From: Delftia acidovorans NBRC 14950 | GTDB taxonomy: Bacteria > Pseudomonadota > Gammaproteobacteria > Burkholderiales > Burkholderiaceae_C | DNA: 32,000 bases | Direction: 5' to 3' | NCBI RefSeq assembly: GCF_001598795.1 | Contig: NZ_BCZP01000018.1 | Coordinates: 60,001 to 92,000 of the forward strand | Shown: positions 1 through 8,753 of the stretch, in pieces | How positions within the stretch are numbered: position 1 is the stretch's first letter | Layout of the letters: each line of letters opens with the position of its first letter | Made by a program: the position numbers and the translations under genes | The notes under the pieces: generated by a model | What the model saw: the letters and a program-made list of their open reading frames with translations, nothing else | The model's database searches: none | Told to the model about the DNA's origin: nothing

Positions 1-746
1 CACCGCTGACCTGGCTGTGCCTGCACGGCAGCCCCTCATGGGGCCAGCTGTTCCAGCCCATGCTGCCCGGCTGGCTCCAGGCCGGCCATCGCGTGGTGGT
101 CCCCGACCTGCCGGGCTTTGGCCGCAGCGACCAGCCCAAGAAGGAGAAGGCGCACAGCGCGGCCTGGCATGTGCAAGTGCTGCGCGAGCTGGTGCTGGCG
201 CTGGACCTGCGGAACATCGTGCTGGTCGGCCATGACGATGGCGCGCGCCTGGGCCTGGCCGTGGCGCAGGCCGAGCCCGCCCGTTTTTGCGGCGCCTGGC
301 TCATGAATGCCTGGCCCGCGGGCCAGGCGCCCGATGGCTGCGTGCAATGGTTTGCGCAGGCGGCGCGCAAGCCGTCATGGCCCGTGGGCCGCGCCATGCA
401 CGAGGTGGGCGAGGTAGGTGGGGAGGCCGGCGCACAGCCGCAGGCCTGGAACCTGCCGTTTTCCCAGCCCGGCCACCGCGCCGCGCTGCAGGCCTGGCCC
501 CGCGTGCAGGCCGAAATGCCGGCCCTGCCGATGGCGTTGCTGGCGCAGTGGAGCCAACAGCAGCGCCTGTGGGTGCAGGGCGGAGAGCACGATGCGCTGC
601 TGCCTGCGCCCGCATGGCGCCAGGCCTGGCTGCAGGCGCTGCCACAGCTGCCGCCAGCGCAACTGCGCCTATCCCCGTGCGGCCATTGGGTTCCCCTGTG
701 CGCTGCCGGCATGGTGGCCGACGCTGTGGAATACTTCCGCCCGTAG
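1..746 (+). CDS. alpha/beta-fold hydrolase (haloalkane dehalogenase/epoxide hydrolase-like), 5' end cut by window edge
   Basis: Frame 3 is open from the window edge (PLTWLCLHGSPSWGQLFQPMLPGW..., HGxPSW oxyanion-type motif). It has PDLPGFGRSD, the nucleophile elbow VLVGHDDGARLG and a C-terminal CGHWVP catalytic-His context. Stop TAG at 744-746. Confidence 0.8.
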   Translation, partial: PLTWLCLHGSPSWGQLFQPMLPGWLQAGHRVVVPDLPGFGRSDQPKKEKAHSAAWHVQVLRELVLALDLRNIVLVGHDDGARLGLAVAQAEPARFCGAWLMNAWPAGQAPDGCVQWFAQAARKPSWPVGRAMHEVGEVGGEAGAQPQAWNLPFSQPGHRAALQAWPRVQAEMPALPMALLAQWSQQQRLWVQGGEHDALLPAPAWRQAWLQALPQLPPAQLRLSPCGHWVPLCAAGMVADAVEYFRP

Positions 747-813
747 GCCTGCGCCGCCGGCCCCTTGCCGGGGCTGCGCAGCGGCAGTGCCCCGTCTTCA
801 CTCCCCTTGCAAT

Positions 814-2103
814 ATGGAGCATGCCGGCCAGGGCCGGCATGGAACCACCTTGGCCACTTCGCGCAGTTCCCGCTCTTCCAGCACGCCCGGCACACCCAGC
901 ACATCCGGCACGCCCCGCAAAAAGGCAGCCGCTGCCGCGCCTGCACCCGTTGATCATGCGCACGAACATGTGCATTCCGCCGACGGCACCTGCTGTGCCC
1001 ATGGGCACGAACATCCACATGACGATGGCGCTGCCCACAGCCACGACCACGACCACGACCACGACCACGAGCACGATCACGATCACGATCACGATCACGA
1101 TCACGGCCATGTGCATGCCGCCGACGGCAGCTGCTGCGGCCATGCGCATGACCAGGGTCCGCGCCACATCTATATCTACTCGCCCGCCGGTGCCGTGCGC
1201 GACAAGGCCGGCTTCAAGCGCGGCGTGCGCCGCCTGGAGGCCATGGGCCATCAGGTGGAGATCGATGCCGATGCACTGAGCAGCCACCAGCGCTTTGCAG
1301 GCGACGACGCCACGCGCCTGGCGGCCATCGAGCGCGCAGCGGCCAGCGGTGCCGACCTGGCGCTGCCCACGCGCGGCGGCTACGGCCTCACGCGCATCCT
1401 GCCGGGCATCAAGTACAAGGCCGTGGCCAAGGCCATCGCAGGCGGCACGCGCTTCGTGGGCCTGAGCGACTTCACGGCGCTGTCGCTGGCCCTGCTGGCC
1501 AGGACCGGCGCCACCACATGGGCCGGCCCGCTGCTGGTGCACGACTTCGGCCGCCCCGACGACGAGGGCGGCGTGGACGACATCATGCTGGACTGCTTCA
1601 ACGACCTGCTCAGCGGCCAGGGCGAGGGCGCGGGCTGGCAGATGCCGAAGATCGGCCTGCGCGAAGACGGCAAGCCTGCCGTCAAGGACTTCTACATCAG
1701 CGGCGGCGCCACGCTGTGGGGCGGCAACCTGGCCGTGCTGGTCTCCCTGCTGGGCACGCCTTACTTCCCGCAGATCAAGGGCGGCATCCTGTTCCTGGAA
1801 GACGTGGGCGAGCATCCCTACCGCGTGGAACGCATGCTGACCCAGCTGCTGCATGCCGGCGTGCTGGCCCAGCAAAAGGCCATCGTGTTCGGCCAGTTCA
1901 GCGAGTTCAAGCTCAGCTCGCATGACAAGGGCTTCAAGCTGCAGACCGTGATCGACTGGCTGCGCAGCCAGGTCAAGTGCCCCGTGCTGCAGGGCCTGCC
2001 CTACGGCCATGTGCCGACCAAGGTGATGCTGCCCGTGGGCGCGCCCGTGTCGCTGTCGGTCGAAGGGCGTGATGCGCTGATCTACTGGGGCCACGTGCAC
2101 TGA
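814..2103 (+). CDS. ldcA: LD-carboxypeptidase (peptidase S66, muramoyl-tetrapeptide carboxypeptidase) with a His-rich N-terminal extension
   Basis: ATG 814 is in frame, 67 nt after the upstream stop. The C-terminal ~300 aa carry S66 hallmarks: IYIYSPAGAV, nucleophile elbow VGLSDFTAL, FLEDVGEHPYRVERML (Glu) and LPYGHVP (His). The N-terminal ~110 aa are S/T/P-rich, then His-rich: two HVH[SA]ADG[TS]CC[AG]H[GA]H boxes flank an (HD)n run. The alternative start GTG 1111 would remove most of the His tract, so the start is less certain than the function. Confidence 0.75.
   Translation: MEHAGQGRHGTTLATSRSSRSSSTPGTPSTSGTPRKKAAAAAPAPVDHAHEHVHSADGTCCAHGHEHPHDDGAAHSHDHDHDHDHEHDHDHDHDHDHGHVHAADGSCCGHAHDQGPRHIYIYSPAGAVRDKAGFKRGVRRLEAMGHQVEIDADALSSHQRFAGDDATRLAAIERAAASGADLALPTRGGYGLTRILPGIKYKAVAKAIAGGTRFVGLSDFTALSLALLARTGATTWAGPLLVHDFGRPDDEGGVDDIMLDCFNDLLSGQGEGAGWQMPKIGLREDGKPAVKDFYISGGATLWGGNLAVLVSLLGTPYFPQIKGGILFLEDVGEHPYRVERMLTQLLHAGVLAQQKAIVFGQFSEFKLSSHDKGFKLQTVIDWLRSQVKCPVLQGLPYGHVPTKVMLPVGAPVSLSVEGRDALIYWGHVH
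1042..1101 (+). repeat. in-frame hexanucleotide microsatellite (CACGAY)x10 encoding (His-Asp)n
   Basis: Read directly: cacgac x4, cacgag x1, cacgat x5, in the reading frame of the 814..2103 CDS (CAC GAC = H D). Confidence 0.95.
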
Positions 2104-2122
2104 GCGGCAAGGAGCGGACGGC

Positions 2123-2872
2123 ATGCTGCAGATGTGGGAGTTCGCGGCCTACCCGCTGCTGGCGCTGATGTTCGTCGGCATCTTCACGCGCGAGGTGATC
2201 GCGCCGGCCTCGCGCAACCATTGCGACCGGCGCTGGCTGATCCTGTCCACGCTGCTGGGCCTGGGCACGCTGGCCACCACCTTGGCGGTAGGCCATCTGT
2301 TCTCGGACAGCATCCGCCGCCATGCGTTGCTGGACGTGGGCCGGCAATGGCCGGCCTGGGCCGTCGGCGCGCTGAGCTTTGTGCTGACCAGCTTTGTCTT
2401 TTACTGGTGGCACCGCGCCACGCACCGGTCGGACACGCTGTGGCGCCTGTTCCACCAGCTGCACCACAGCGCGCCGCGCGTGGAGGCGCTCACGGCTTTC
2501 TTCGCCCACCCCATGGACACGGCGGCCGCCGTGCTGCTGAGCGCGCTGTCCAGCTACTGGGTGCTGGGGGCCAGCCCGCTGGCTGCCGCCTTCGCCATCG
2601 GCCTCACGGGGGCGTTCGATCTGTTCCTGCATGCCGACATCCGCACGCCGCGCTGGCTGGGATACATCGTGCAGCGGCCCGAGATGCACACCGTGCACCA
2701 CCAGTACGGCCACCATGCGCAGAACTATGGCCTGCCCGTCTGGGACCTGCTGTTCGGCACCTGGGCCAATCCGGCCGAGCGGGTGGAGCGCCTGGGCTTT
2801 GATGCTGACAAGGCCGAGCGCGTGACCGACATGCTGCGCTGGCAAGACGTGCACAAGCAGAACTCCCCCTGA
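2123..2872 (+). CDS. fatty acid hydroxylase / sterol desaturase superfamily membrane di-iron enzyme
   Basis: AAGGAG sits 8 nt upstream of ATG 2123, and only 19 nt separate it from the ldcA stop, so co-transcription is likely. His boxes WWHRATH, FHQLHHS and MHTVHHQYGHH, plus several hydrophobic segments. Confidence 0.85.
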   Translation: MLQMWEFAAYPLLALMFVGIFTREVIAPASRNHCDRRWLILSTLLGLGTLATTLAVGHLFSDSIRRHALLDVGRQWPAWAVGALSFVLTSFVFYWWHRATHRSDTLWRLFHQLHHSAPRVEALTAFFAHPMDTAAAVLLSALSSYWVLGASPLAAAFAIGLTGAFDLFLHADIRTPRWLGYIVQRPEMHTVHHQYGHHAQNYGLPVWDLLFGTWANPAERVERLGFDADKAERVTDMLRWQDVHKQNSP

Positions 2873-3024
2873 GGCGCTGCGCGCCTTCCCCCTCTCGCTT
2901 CGCGGGGGGGGACGACAGCCTCGCTGCGGGGCGGCGCGGCCGGCGTAGGCCCTTGCTCGCTGTCCCTTGTTCTTGGCCGCGCCAGTTTTTGAGGCTCTGT
3001 ACGGTGGCGGTGGGTGGCTTACTG

Positions 3025-3405
3025 CTATTCGAGATACCGGCCGTTTTCCTTGCGGCGGGCGCGCATGCCGGTGCGCAGGAAGAGCACGGTGCCGCCTTGC
3101 TCGGCCAGCGGCACGCGCGTGTCGCCGGACAGGTGGGCGTCCAGGCGCTGGGGCAGGTTCTCCAGCAGGGAGTGGATGGCGGACAGGTCGGTGTCGGCCG
3201 CTTCGGGGTGGTCGCGCACGAAGCCTTCAAGGTAGGCGCGGGCGTCGGCCTCCAGCTGCTCGCGCGTGGTGGCCAGCGAGACATAGCTGACGCCGGCCTG
3301 GCCCGGCGCCTCGGTGCCCAGCAGGTAGCAGCCGATGTAGTCACCACGGGGCTGGCCCACGGGCGGGTCCTGGGTGAGCTTCTTCAAGAGGCTGAAAGGC
3401 CACAT
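3025..3405 (-). CDS. hypothetical protein (126 aa), no family recognised
   Basis: ATG at 3405 (MWPFSLLKKLTQDPP...) is preceded by a GGAAG-like SD. Good G/C third-position bias. Stop TAG (cta 3025-3027). The track ORF extends to 3537, but that extension has poor coding character. Confidence 0.5.
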   Translation of the reverse strand: MWPFSLLKKLTQDPPVGQPRGDYIGCYLLGTEAPGQAGVSYVSLATTREQLEADARAYLEGFVRDHPEAADTDLSAIHSLLENLPQRLDAHLSGDTRVPLAEQGGTVLFLRTGMRARRKENGRYLE

Positions 3406-3590
3406 TCCACGTACTTCCTGTTTCTGTCGGTTGCCCTGCATCCATGTGCGCAGGGCCGGCAGTGATTGTCGCCTGAAGCCTGCGCCCTGCAGGCGCGGCT
3501 TTCTGTCGTGAGCAATGTGAGCATGTCGCGCGCGCATATGCTACAAACTGCAACACTACGATACGAAAAAAGCAGAGGGTGGGGAAAAGA

Positions 3591-6125
3591 ATGGGAATCA
3601 TGCGAATCCTGAACTCGCGGTGGTGGGGTGTGGGCGCCGTGGCGGTGGTCGGCTCGGCCCTGCTGGCCGGCAGCGCGCTGGCCATCTATGCCGTGCGCGT
3701 GCAGCCGGTGCTTGACGGACAGCTCACGCTGGCCGGGCTGGAGCAGCCCGTGCGCGTGCGGCGCGATGATGCCGACGTCACCCATATCAGCGCCTTCTCG
3801 CCGCAGGACCTGTGGCGCGCGCTGGGCCATGTGCATGCGCAGGAACGCGGCTGGCAGCTGGAGTTCAACCGCCGCCTGATGCATGGCACGCTGTCCGAGA
3901 TCCTCGGGCCGGCCACGCTGGATACCGACAAGCTCATGCGCGCGCTGGACATACGCGGCGCGGCGCGGCGCCAGTACGCATCCCTGCCCGCCAACGCGCG
4001 CGAGGCGCTGCAGGCCTACAGCGAAGGCATTGCAGCCTTCTATGCGGCCCTGCCCATGCGCCAGCACCCGCAGGTGCCCGAGTTCATGCTGCTGGATACG
4101 TCGCCGGGCGGCGGCGACAACTCGGCCTGGGCGCCCGAGGACAGCGTGGGCTGGGCGCTGATGATGGCGCTGGACCTGGGCGGCAACTGGGGCAACGAGT
4201 TCGCGCGGCTGGCCGCGCTCTCGCAACTGGACACACAGCAGCTGTGGCAGCTGATGCCGCCTTATCCCGGCGAGGCGCCGGCCACCTCCACCGACCTTGC
4301 TGCCCTCTATCGGGGCCTGGGCGTGTACCGCCAGGAGGCACAGGCTGCGTCTGCGCCCAAGGTGGCTGCCGCCAGCGAGGCGAGCGATGCCTGGGCCCGC
4401 TGGTCCCGCGACATGGTGCGCGATGCGGGCACCAACGACGGCAAGGGCAGCAACAACTGGGTGCTGTCGGGCAGCCGCACGGCCAGCGGCAAACCCCTGC
4501 TGGCCAACGATCCCCATCTGGGCCTGAGCGCGCCCGCCATCTGGTACTACGCGCGCCTGCAGTCGCCCGCCGGCCAGGCGCAGGACGGCACGCCGCTGTC
4601 GCCCATCGACGTGGTGGGGGCCACCCTGCCGGGCCTGCCCTTCGTGGTGCTGGGGCGCACGCGCGAGGTGGCCTGGGGCTTCACCAACACCAATCCCGAT
4701 GTGCAGGATCTGTACCTGGAGCAGATCGATCCAGGCAACCCGGGCCGCTACCGCACGCCGGATGGCTGGGCGCCTTTCACCGAGCGCAGCGAGCGCATCA
4801 GGGTCAAGGGTCGGGCCGATGTGCAGCTCACGCTGCGCAGCACGCGCCACGGCCCCGTGATCAGCGATGTGCAGCCCCAGTACGAGGCCGTGCTCGACAA
4901 GCGCCGCTACGCCGTGGCCCTGCGCTGGGCGGCGCTGGACACCGACAACCTCACCGTGCAGGCGGGCCTGCGGGCCAACGAGGCGCGCAGCGTGGCCCAG
5001 CTGTTCGAGGCCTTTGCCGACTACCACTCGCCCATGCAAAGCATCGTCGCGGCCGATGTGCATGGCGCCATCGGCTTCAAGGCCGCAGGCCGGGTGCCGC
5101 TGCGTGCGGTCGACAACGACCTGCGCGGCGTGGCGCCCGCGCCGGGCTGGGAGGCACGCTACGACTGGCAGGGCTGGCTGCCCTACGACCAGGCTCCACA
5201 GGACGATGGAACGGCGCTGGGCTATCTGGCCACCGCCAACCAGCGCATCACGCGCGAGGGCTATGCCCACTTTCTCACCCAGGACTGGAGCCTGCCGTAC
5301 CGGCACCGCCGCATCTCCGAGCTCATCGAGGCGAAGGACAGGCACGACATGGTCAGTATGGCCTCCATCCAGAACGACCAGACCTCGCTGGCCGCCCGCG
5401 CCCTGCTACCGCAAATGCTCAAGGCCCTGGACGAAGCGCCGGCCACACATCCGCTGGCCCCGCAGGCGCGCCGGGTGATGGAGCAGTTCGACGGCCGCAT
5501 GGACGCTGCGCAGGCCGCGCCCCTGATCTTTGCCGCCTGGGTGGACGAACTGACGCGCGGCCTGGTGATCCCGCGCATTGGCGCCCAGACCTTTGCGGCC
5601 ACCTATGGCAAGCGCGACTACCGCGCAGGCATCGAAGGCATGCTGGAACGCCGCGACGGCTGGTGGTGCGCGGATGCAGGCTGCAGTGCCCAGGTCAGCC
5701 AGGCGCTGGACCGGGCGCTGGTGCGCCTGCAGTCCATGCAGGGCAGCGACCTGGGCCGCTGGCGCTGGGGCACGGCGCATGCGGCCCTGAGCAGCCACCG
5801 GCCGCTGGGCAGCGTGGGGCTGCTGGCAGGCATCTTCAATGTCAGCGTGCCTTCGGGTGGCGACAGCTACACCGTCAACGTGGGCCAGTACCTGCCCGGC
5901 GATGCCAGGGCGCCGTTCGCCAACCGCCATGCGGCATCCCTGCGCGCCATCTACGACCTGGCCGAGCCCGAGCGCTCGCTGTTCATCTACCAGACCGGCC
6001 AAAGCGGCGTGGCCCTGTCCAGCCGCTATGCGGACATGTCTGCCGAATGGGCCGACGGCCGCTACCGGCCGCTGCAGATGGCGCCCGCGCGCTGGCGCCA
6101 TTCCATGATGCTGCGGCCCCAGTAG
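3591..6125 (+). CDS. penicillin acylase family protein (Ntn hydrolase, peptidase S45); possible acyl-homoserine-lactone/beta-lactam acylase
   Basis: GAGGGTGGGG lies upstream of ATG 3591. N-terminal signal anchor WWGVGAVAVVGSALLAGSALAIYAV. GSNNWVLSGSRTASGKPLLANDPHL contains the beta-chain N-terminal Ser nucleophile context. Length ~845 aa is typical of the family. Alternative starts are GTG 3579 and ATG 3600. Confidence 0.85.
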   Translation: MGIMRILNSRWWGVGAVAVVGSALLAGSALAIYAVRVQPVLDGQLTLAGLEQPVRVRRDDADVTHISAFSPQDLWRALGHVHAQERGWQLEFNRRLMHGTLSEILGPATLDTDKLMRALDIRGAARRQYASLPANAREALQAYSEGIAAFYAALPMRQHPQVPEFMLLDTSPGGGDNSAWAPEDSVGWALMMALDLGGNWGNEFARLAALSQLDTQQLWQLMPPYPGEAPATSTDLAALYRGLGVYRQEAQAASAPKVAAASEASDAWARWSRDMVRDAGTNDGKGSNNWVLSGSRTASGKPLLANDPHLGLSAPAIWYYARLQSPAGQAQDGTPLSPIDVVGATLPGLPFVVLGRTREVAWGFTNTNPDVQDLYLEQIDPGNPGRYRTPDGWAPFTERSERIRVKGRADVQLTLRSTRHGPVISDVQPQYEAVLDKRRYAVALRWAALDTDNLTVQAGLRANEARSVAQLFEAFADYHSPMQSIVAADVHGAIGFKAAGRVPLRAVDNDLRGVAPAPGWEARYDWQGWLPYDQAPQDDGTALGYLATANQRITREGYAHFLTQDWSLPYRHRRISELIEAKDRHDMVSMASIQNDQTSLAARALLPQMLKALDEAPATHPLAPQARRVMEQFDGRMDAAQAAPLIFAAWVDELTRGLVIPRIGAQTFAATYGKRDYRAGIEGMLERRDGWWCADAGCSAQVSQALDRALVRLQSMQGSDLGRWRWGTAHAALSSHRPLGSVGLLAGIFNVSVPSGGDSYTVNVGQYLPGDARAPFANRHAASLRAIYDLAEPERSLFIYQTGQSGVALSSRYADMSAEWADGRYRPLQMAPARWRHSMMLRPQ

Positions 6126-6160
6126 GTTGCAATAGGCTGCAGTAGCGGCGCGCGCAGGAC

Positions 6161-7138
6161 TCAGGTGCTGAGGAATTGCTCGATCAGCCCGGCCACGGCC
6201 GCCGGCTGGTCGTGGTGCAGCATATGGCCCGCGTCCTGGACCACGGCCGTGCGGCAGTCGGCAATCTGCCCGATGCGCTCGTGGTACTCGGCCAGCGTGT
6301 AGCGGTCCTTCCACCACATGCCCAGGCTGTCGTCGCTGGCCTCGACGGCCAGTACCGGCGCCGTGATCGCCCGGTACAGGGCCAGGATTTCTTCCACGCG
6401 GAACAGCTGTGCGCTGATGAGCTTGTGCGCCGTGTCGCCCAGGATTTCCCAGCGGCCCTGCGCATTGGGCGCCGCCCAGTGGTGGGCCAGCCACAGCGCC
6501 TTGTCCCCGGGCAGGCGGCGGTTGGTCTTCATCAGCCTGCGCGCCACGTCCTGCACGCTGTCATAGCTCTTGAGCTCCATGCCGCCGCTGCGCAGCTGGC
6601 GCAGCTCGTCCATCCACTGCGCGTAGCGCGCAGGCGCCTGGTCGGGCCGGGTGGCCGGCATGCCGAAGCCCTCCAGATTGACCAGCCGGCGTATGCGCGC
6701 AGGCCGCGCACCCGCATACATCATGGACACGTTGCCGCCCATGCTGTGGCCCACCAGGTCCACGGGCGCATCGCCCACCAGGGTTTCCAGCAGATGGTCC
6801 AGGTCGCCCAGGTAGTCGGCAAAGTCATGCCGGTCGGCAGGCCAGGCCGGCCGGCTCAGGCCGAAGCCGCGCCAGTCCGGCGCGATGATGCGGCGCCCCG
6901 CCATGAAGGCCTCGCCAAAGGCATCGACCACGAACTGGTAGGAGGCCGCCACATCCATCCACCCGTGCACCAGCACCAGCGGCGCCAGGGCAGGATCGCC
7001 ATCCACAGGTCCCCACTCGCGCACGTGGTACTCCATGGTGCGCACCGGCACCATGCGCGAGCGCCAGGGGCGGCTGGCAACGTAGATGGGCGCTTCTTCA
7101 GCGGCCGTGGCGGGGAGGGAAGAGGGGGCTTGCAGCAT
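6161..7138 (-). CDS. alpha/beta-fold hydrolase
   Basis: LVLVHGWMDVAASYQF, PDWRGFGLS, nucleophile elbow VDLVGHSMGGNV and a C-terminal DAGHMLHHDQP catalytic-His context. Start chosen at ATG 7138; ATG 7054 is an alternative. The track start 7348 would run into the divergent gene's start. Confidence 0.8.
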   Translation of the reverse strand: MLQAPSSLPATAAEEAPIYVASRPWRSRMVPVRTMEYHVREWGPVDGDPALAPLVLVHGWMDVAASYQFVVDAFGEAFMAGRRIIAPDWRGFGLSRPAWPADRHDFADYLGDLDHLLETLVGDAPVDLVGHSMGGNVSMMYAGARPARIRRLVNLEGFGMPATRPDQAPARYAQWMDELRQLRSGGMELKSYDSVQDVARRLMKTNRRLPGDKALWLAHHWAAPNAQGRWEILGDTAHKLISAQLFRVEEILALYRAITAPVLAVEASDDSLGMWWKDRYTLAEYHERIGQIADCRTAVVQDAGHMLHHDQPAAVAGLIEQFLST

Positions 7139-7347
7139 CCCGCCGATTATTCCGGTTTGCTGCTGTGCAGCAGTCAGGGGCGGGACAGCGGTTGCGCGGG
7201 ATTTCCCTGTGGCGGCAGACCCGCAGGTAGTAACCCGAGCGCCGCCGCCGCTGATGCACGGCATCAGAAACAATGATTGGCCGGCCGGGCCGGCGCTGCC
7301 TACAGTGGGTTGCAGATTGACCGCACAACAACCCGAAGGAGACAGCA

Positions 7348-8676
7348 ATGCAGCAACGCAGATGGCTGACGGCCGCCATGGCCGCAGGATTGTGGGGCGC
7401 CGCCATGGCGGCCCAGGCCGGCACGGTGACGGTGCTGACCTCGTTTCCCAAGGAGCTGACCACGGCCTACCAGAAGGCCTTCGAGGCGGCCAATCCGGGG
7501 ATCAAGATAGAGATCCTGAACAAGAACACCACGGCCGCCGTGGCCTATGTGCGCGAGCTGCCCGAGGGCCAGCGGCCCGACATCATGTGGGCCAGCGCCC
7601 CTGATGCCTTCGAGGTGCTGGCGCGCAACAAGCTGCTGACCGCCGCGCCCGAGACGCGCAATCCGGCCGCGCCCGCCAAGATCGGCAACTACCCGCTCAA
7701 CGACCCGCAGGGCCTGTACTACGGCCAGGCGCTGGCCGGCTACGGAATCATGTGGAACACGCGCTACCTGAAGGCGCACAAGCTGGCGGCGCCCAAGGAG
7801 TGGAGCGATCTGACGCGGCCCGAGTACTTCGGCCACATCGCCATCTCCTCGCCCTCGCGTTCGGGCACCACGCAGCTGACGGTGGAGACCATCCTGCAGG
7901 GCGAGGGCTGGGACAAGGGCTGGCGCCAGCTGCTGTCCATGATGGGCAATGCCGCCGCCGTGACCGACCGCAGCTTTGCTGTGCCCGATGGCGTGAACAA
8001 CGGCCAGTACGGCATAGGCATCGTGATCGATTTCTTCGGGCTGGCGGGCAAGTACTCGGGCTTTCCGGTGGACTTCGCCTACCCGGCGATGACGGCCGTG
8101 GTGCCGGCCAACATCGCGCTGATCGCGGGCGCCAAGAATGCCGATGAGGCCCGCAAGTTCATGGCCTTCACCATGTCGGTGCCGGGCCAGCAGCTGCTTT
8201 TCGACCCCAAGATCAGCCGCCTGCCCATCCTGCCCTACAGCCAGCTCAAGGCGCCGGCCGGCTACCCCGTGCCGCAGGAGGTGGCGCAGCGCGCCAAGGT
8301 GCAGTTCGACGCCAATCTGTCCGAGTCGCGCTATGCCGTGGTGATCAGCCTGTTCGACCAGATGGTGACCTTCCGCCTCAAGGAGCTGCAGGCCGCCACG
8401 CGCGCCATCCAGGAGGCGCACAAGGCCCTGCAGGCCAAGCCCAATGCCAAGGGGCAGGAGCTGCTGACGCAGGCGCGCGACATCGCCTACTCGCCGCTGG
8501 TGGGCGAAGCCAATGTGAAGGACGAGCAATTCCTGGAGCTGTTCCGCAAGAGCCGGCGCGATGTGGCCGTGTCCAAGGAGCTGACGGGCCTGGAGCAGAT
8601 GTGGGCCGACAAGGCGCGTGCCAACTACGAGCGCGCGGCCAAGCTGGCCGCCGAGGCGCGCGGCCTGGCCCGGTAA
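7348..8676 (+). CDS. ABC transporter periplasmic substrate-binding protein (family-1, Fe3+/polyamine-type fold) with ~100-aa C-terminal helical extension
   Basis: GAAGGAGA SD before ATG 7348. Signal peptide MQQRRWLTAAMAAGLWGAAMAAQAG. Body resembles FbpA/PotD-class binding proteins (VTVLTSFPKEL..., PDIMWASAPDAF, GYGIMWN). The tail after ~aa 335 is charged and helical (KELQAATRAIQEAHKALQAKPNAKGQELL...ARANYERAAKLAAEARGLAR). Confidence 0.85.
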   Translation: MQQRRWLTAAMAAGLWGAAMAAQAGTVTVLTSFPKELTTAYQKAFEAANPGIKIEILNKNTTAAVAYVRELPEGQRPDIMWASAPDAFEVLARNKLLTAAPETRNPAAPAKIGNYPLNDPQGLYYGQALAGYGIMWNTRYLKAHKLAAPKEWSDLTRPEYFGHIAISSPSRSGTTQLTVETILQGEGWDKGWRQLLSMMGNAAAVTDRSFAVPDGVNNGQYGIGIVIDFFGLAGKYSGFPVDFAYPAMTAVVPANIALIAGAKNADEARKFMAFTMSVPGQQLLFDPKISRLPILPYSQLKAPAGYPVPQEVAQRAKVQFDANLSESRYAVVISLFDQMVTFRLKELQAATRAIQEAHKALQAKPNAKGQELLTQARDIAYSPLVGEANVKDEQFLELFRKSRRDVAVSKELTGLEQMWADKARANYERAAKLAAEARGLAR

Positions 8677-8753
8677 GTGGCGGGCGCAGGGGCCCGGCAC
8701 CGGGCGCCTGCATGCACTCCCCTTGACAGTCTCTTTCGCTGCGGAGCATTCGC

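Noticed and set aside
1042-1101. CRISPR-like or other spacer-repeat array suggested by regular short repeats (also at 17725-17766).
   Set aside because: The units are 6 nt with no spacers, and they lie in frame inside ORFs. They are microsatellites, not CRISPR arrays.
287-1279. ORF in the +2 frame reading TTTTTTTTTSTITITITITIT across the microsatellite.
   Set aside because: It is the same (CACGAY)n repeat read out of frame. The flanks lack coding character, and it overlaps both the hydrolase and the LdcA frames, which have real motifs.
301-2124. Long antisense or alternative-frame ORFs from the track: 301..2124(-) 607 aa, 3384..5345(-) 653 aa, 3812..6145(+) 777 aa, 8625..11507(-) 960 aa, 13395..16199(-) 934 aa, 19875..22052(-) 725 aa, 22173..24389(-) 738 aa, and many shorter ones.
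   Set aside because: They are Arg/Ala/Gly/Pro-rich with no recognisable motifs, and each overlaps a gene in another frame or strand that has clear family signatures. This is the expected stop-codon-poor artefact of a high-GC genome.
2974-2990. TGGC-cgc-GCCA followed by TTTTT as a terminator for the hydroxylase gene.
   Set aside because: The stem is only 4 bp and lies ~100 nt past the stop codon. That is too weak to call without 3' end data.
7139-7347. Possible riboswitch (e.g. cobalamin, because of a CCACTGT-like string on the minus strand) in the 209-bp leader between the hydrolase and the ABC binding protein. The region also holds the hairpin CTGATGC-acg-GCATCAG at 7251-7267.
   Set aside because: There is only one short B12-box-like string and none of the other conserved riboswitch cores that I can recognise. 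The hairpin is real, but its function cannot be assigned. A covariance-model scan would be the decisive test.
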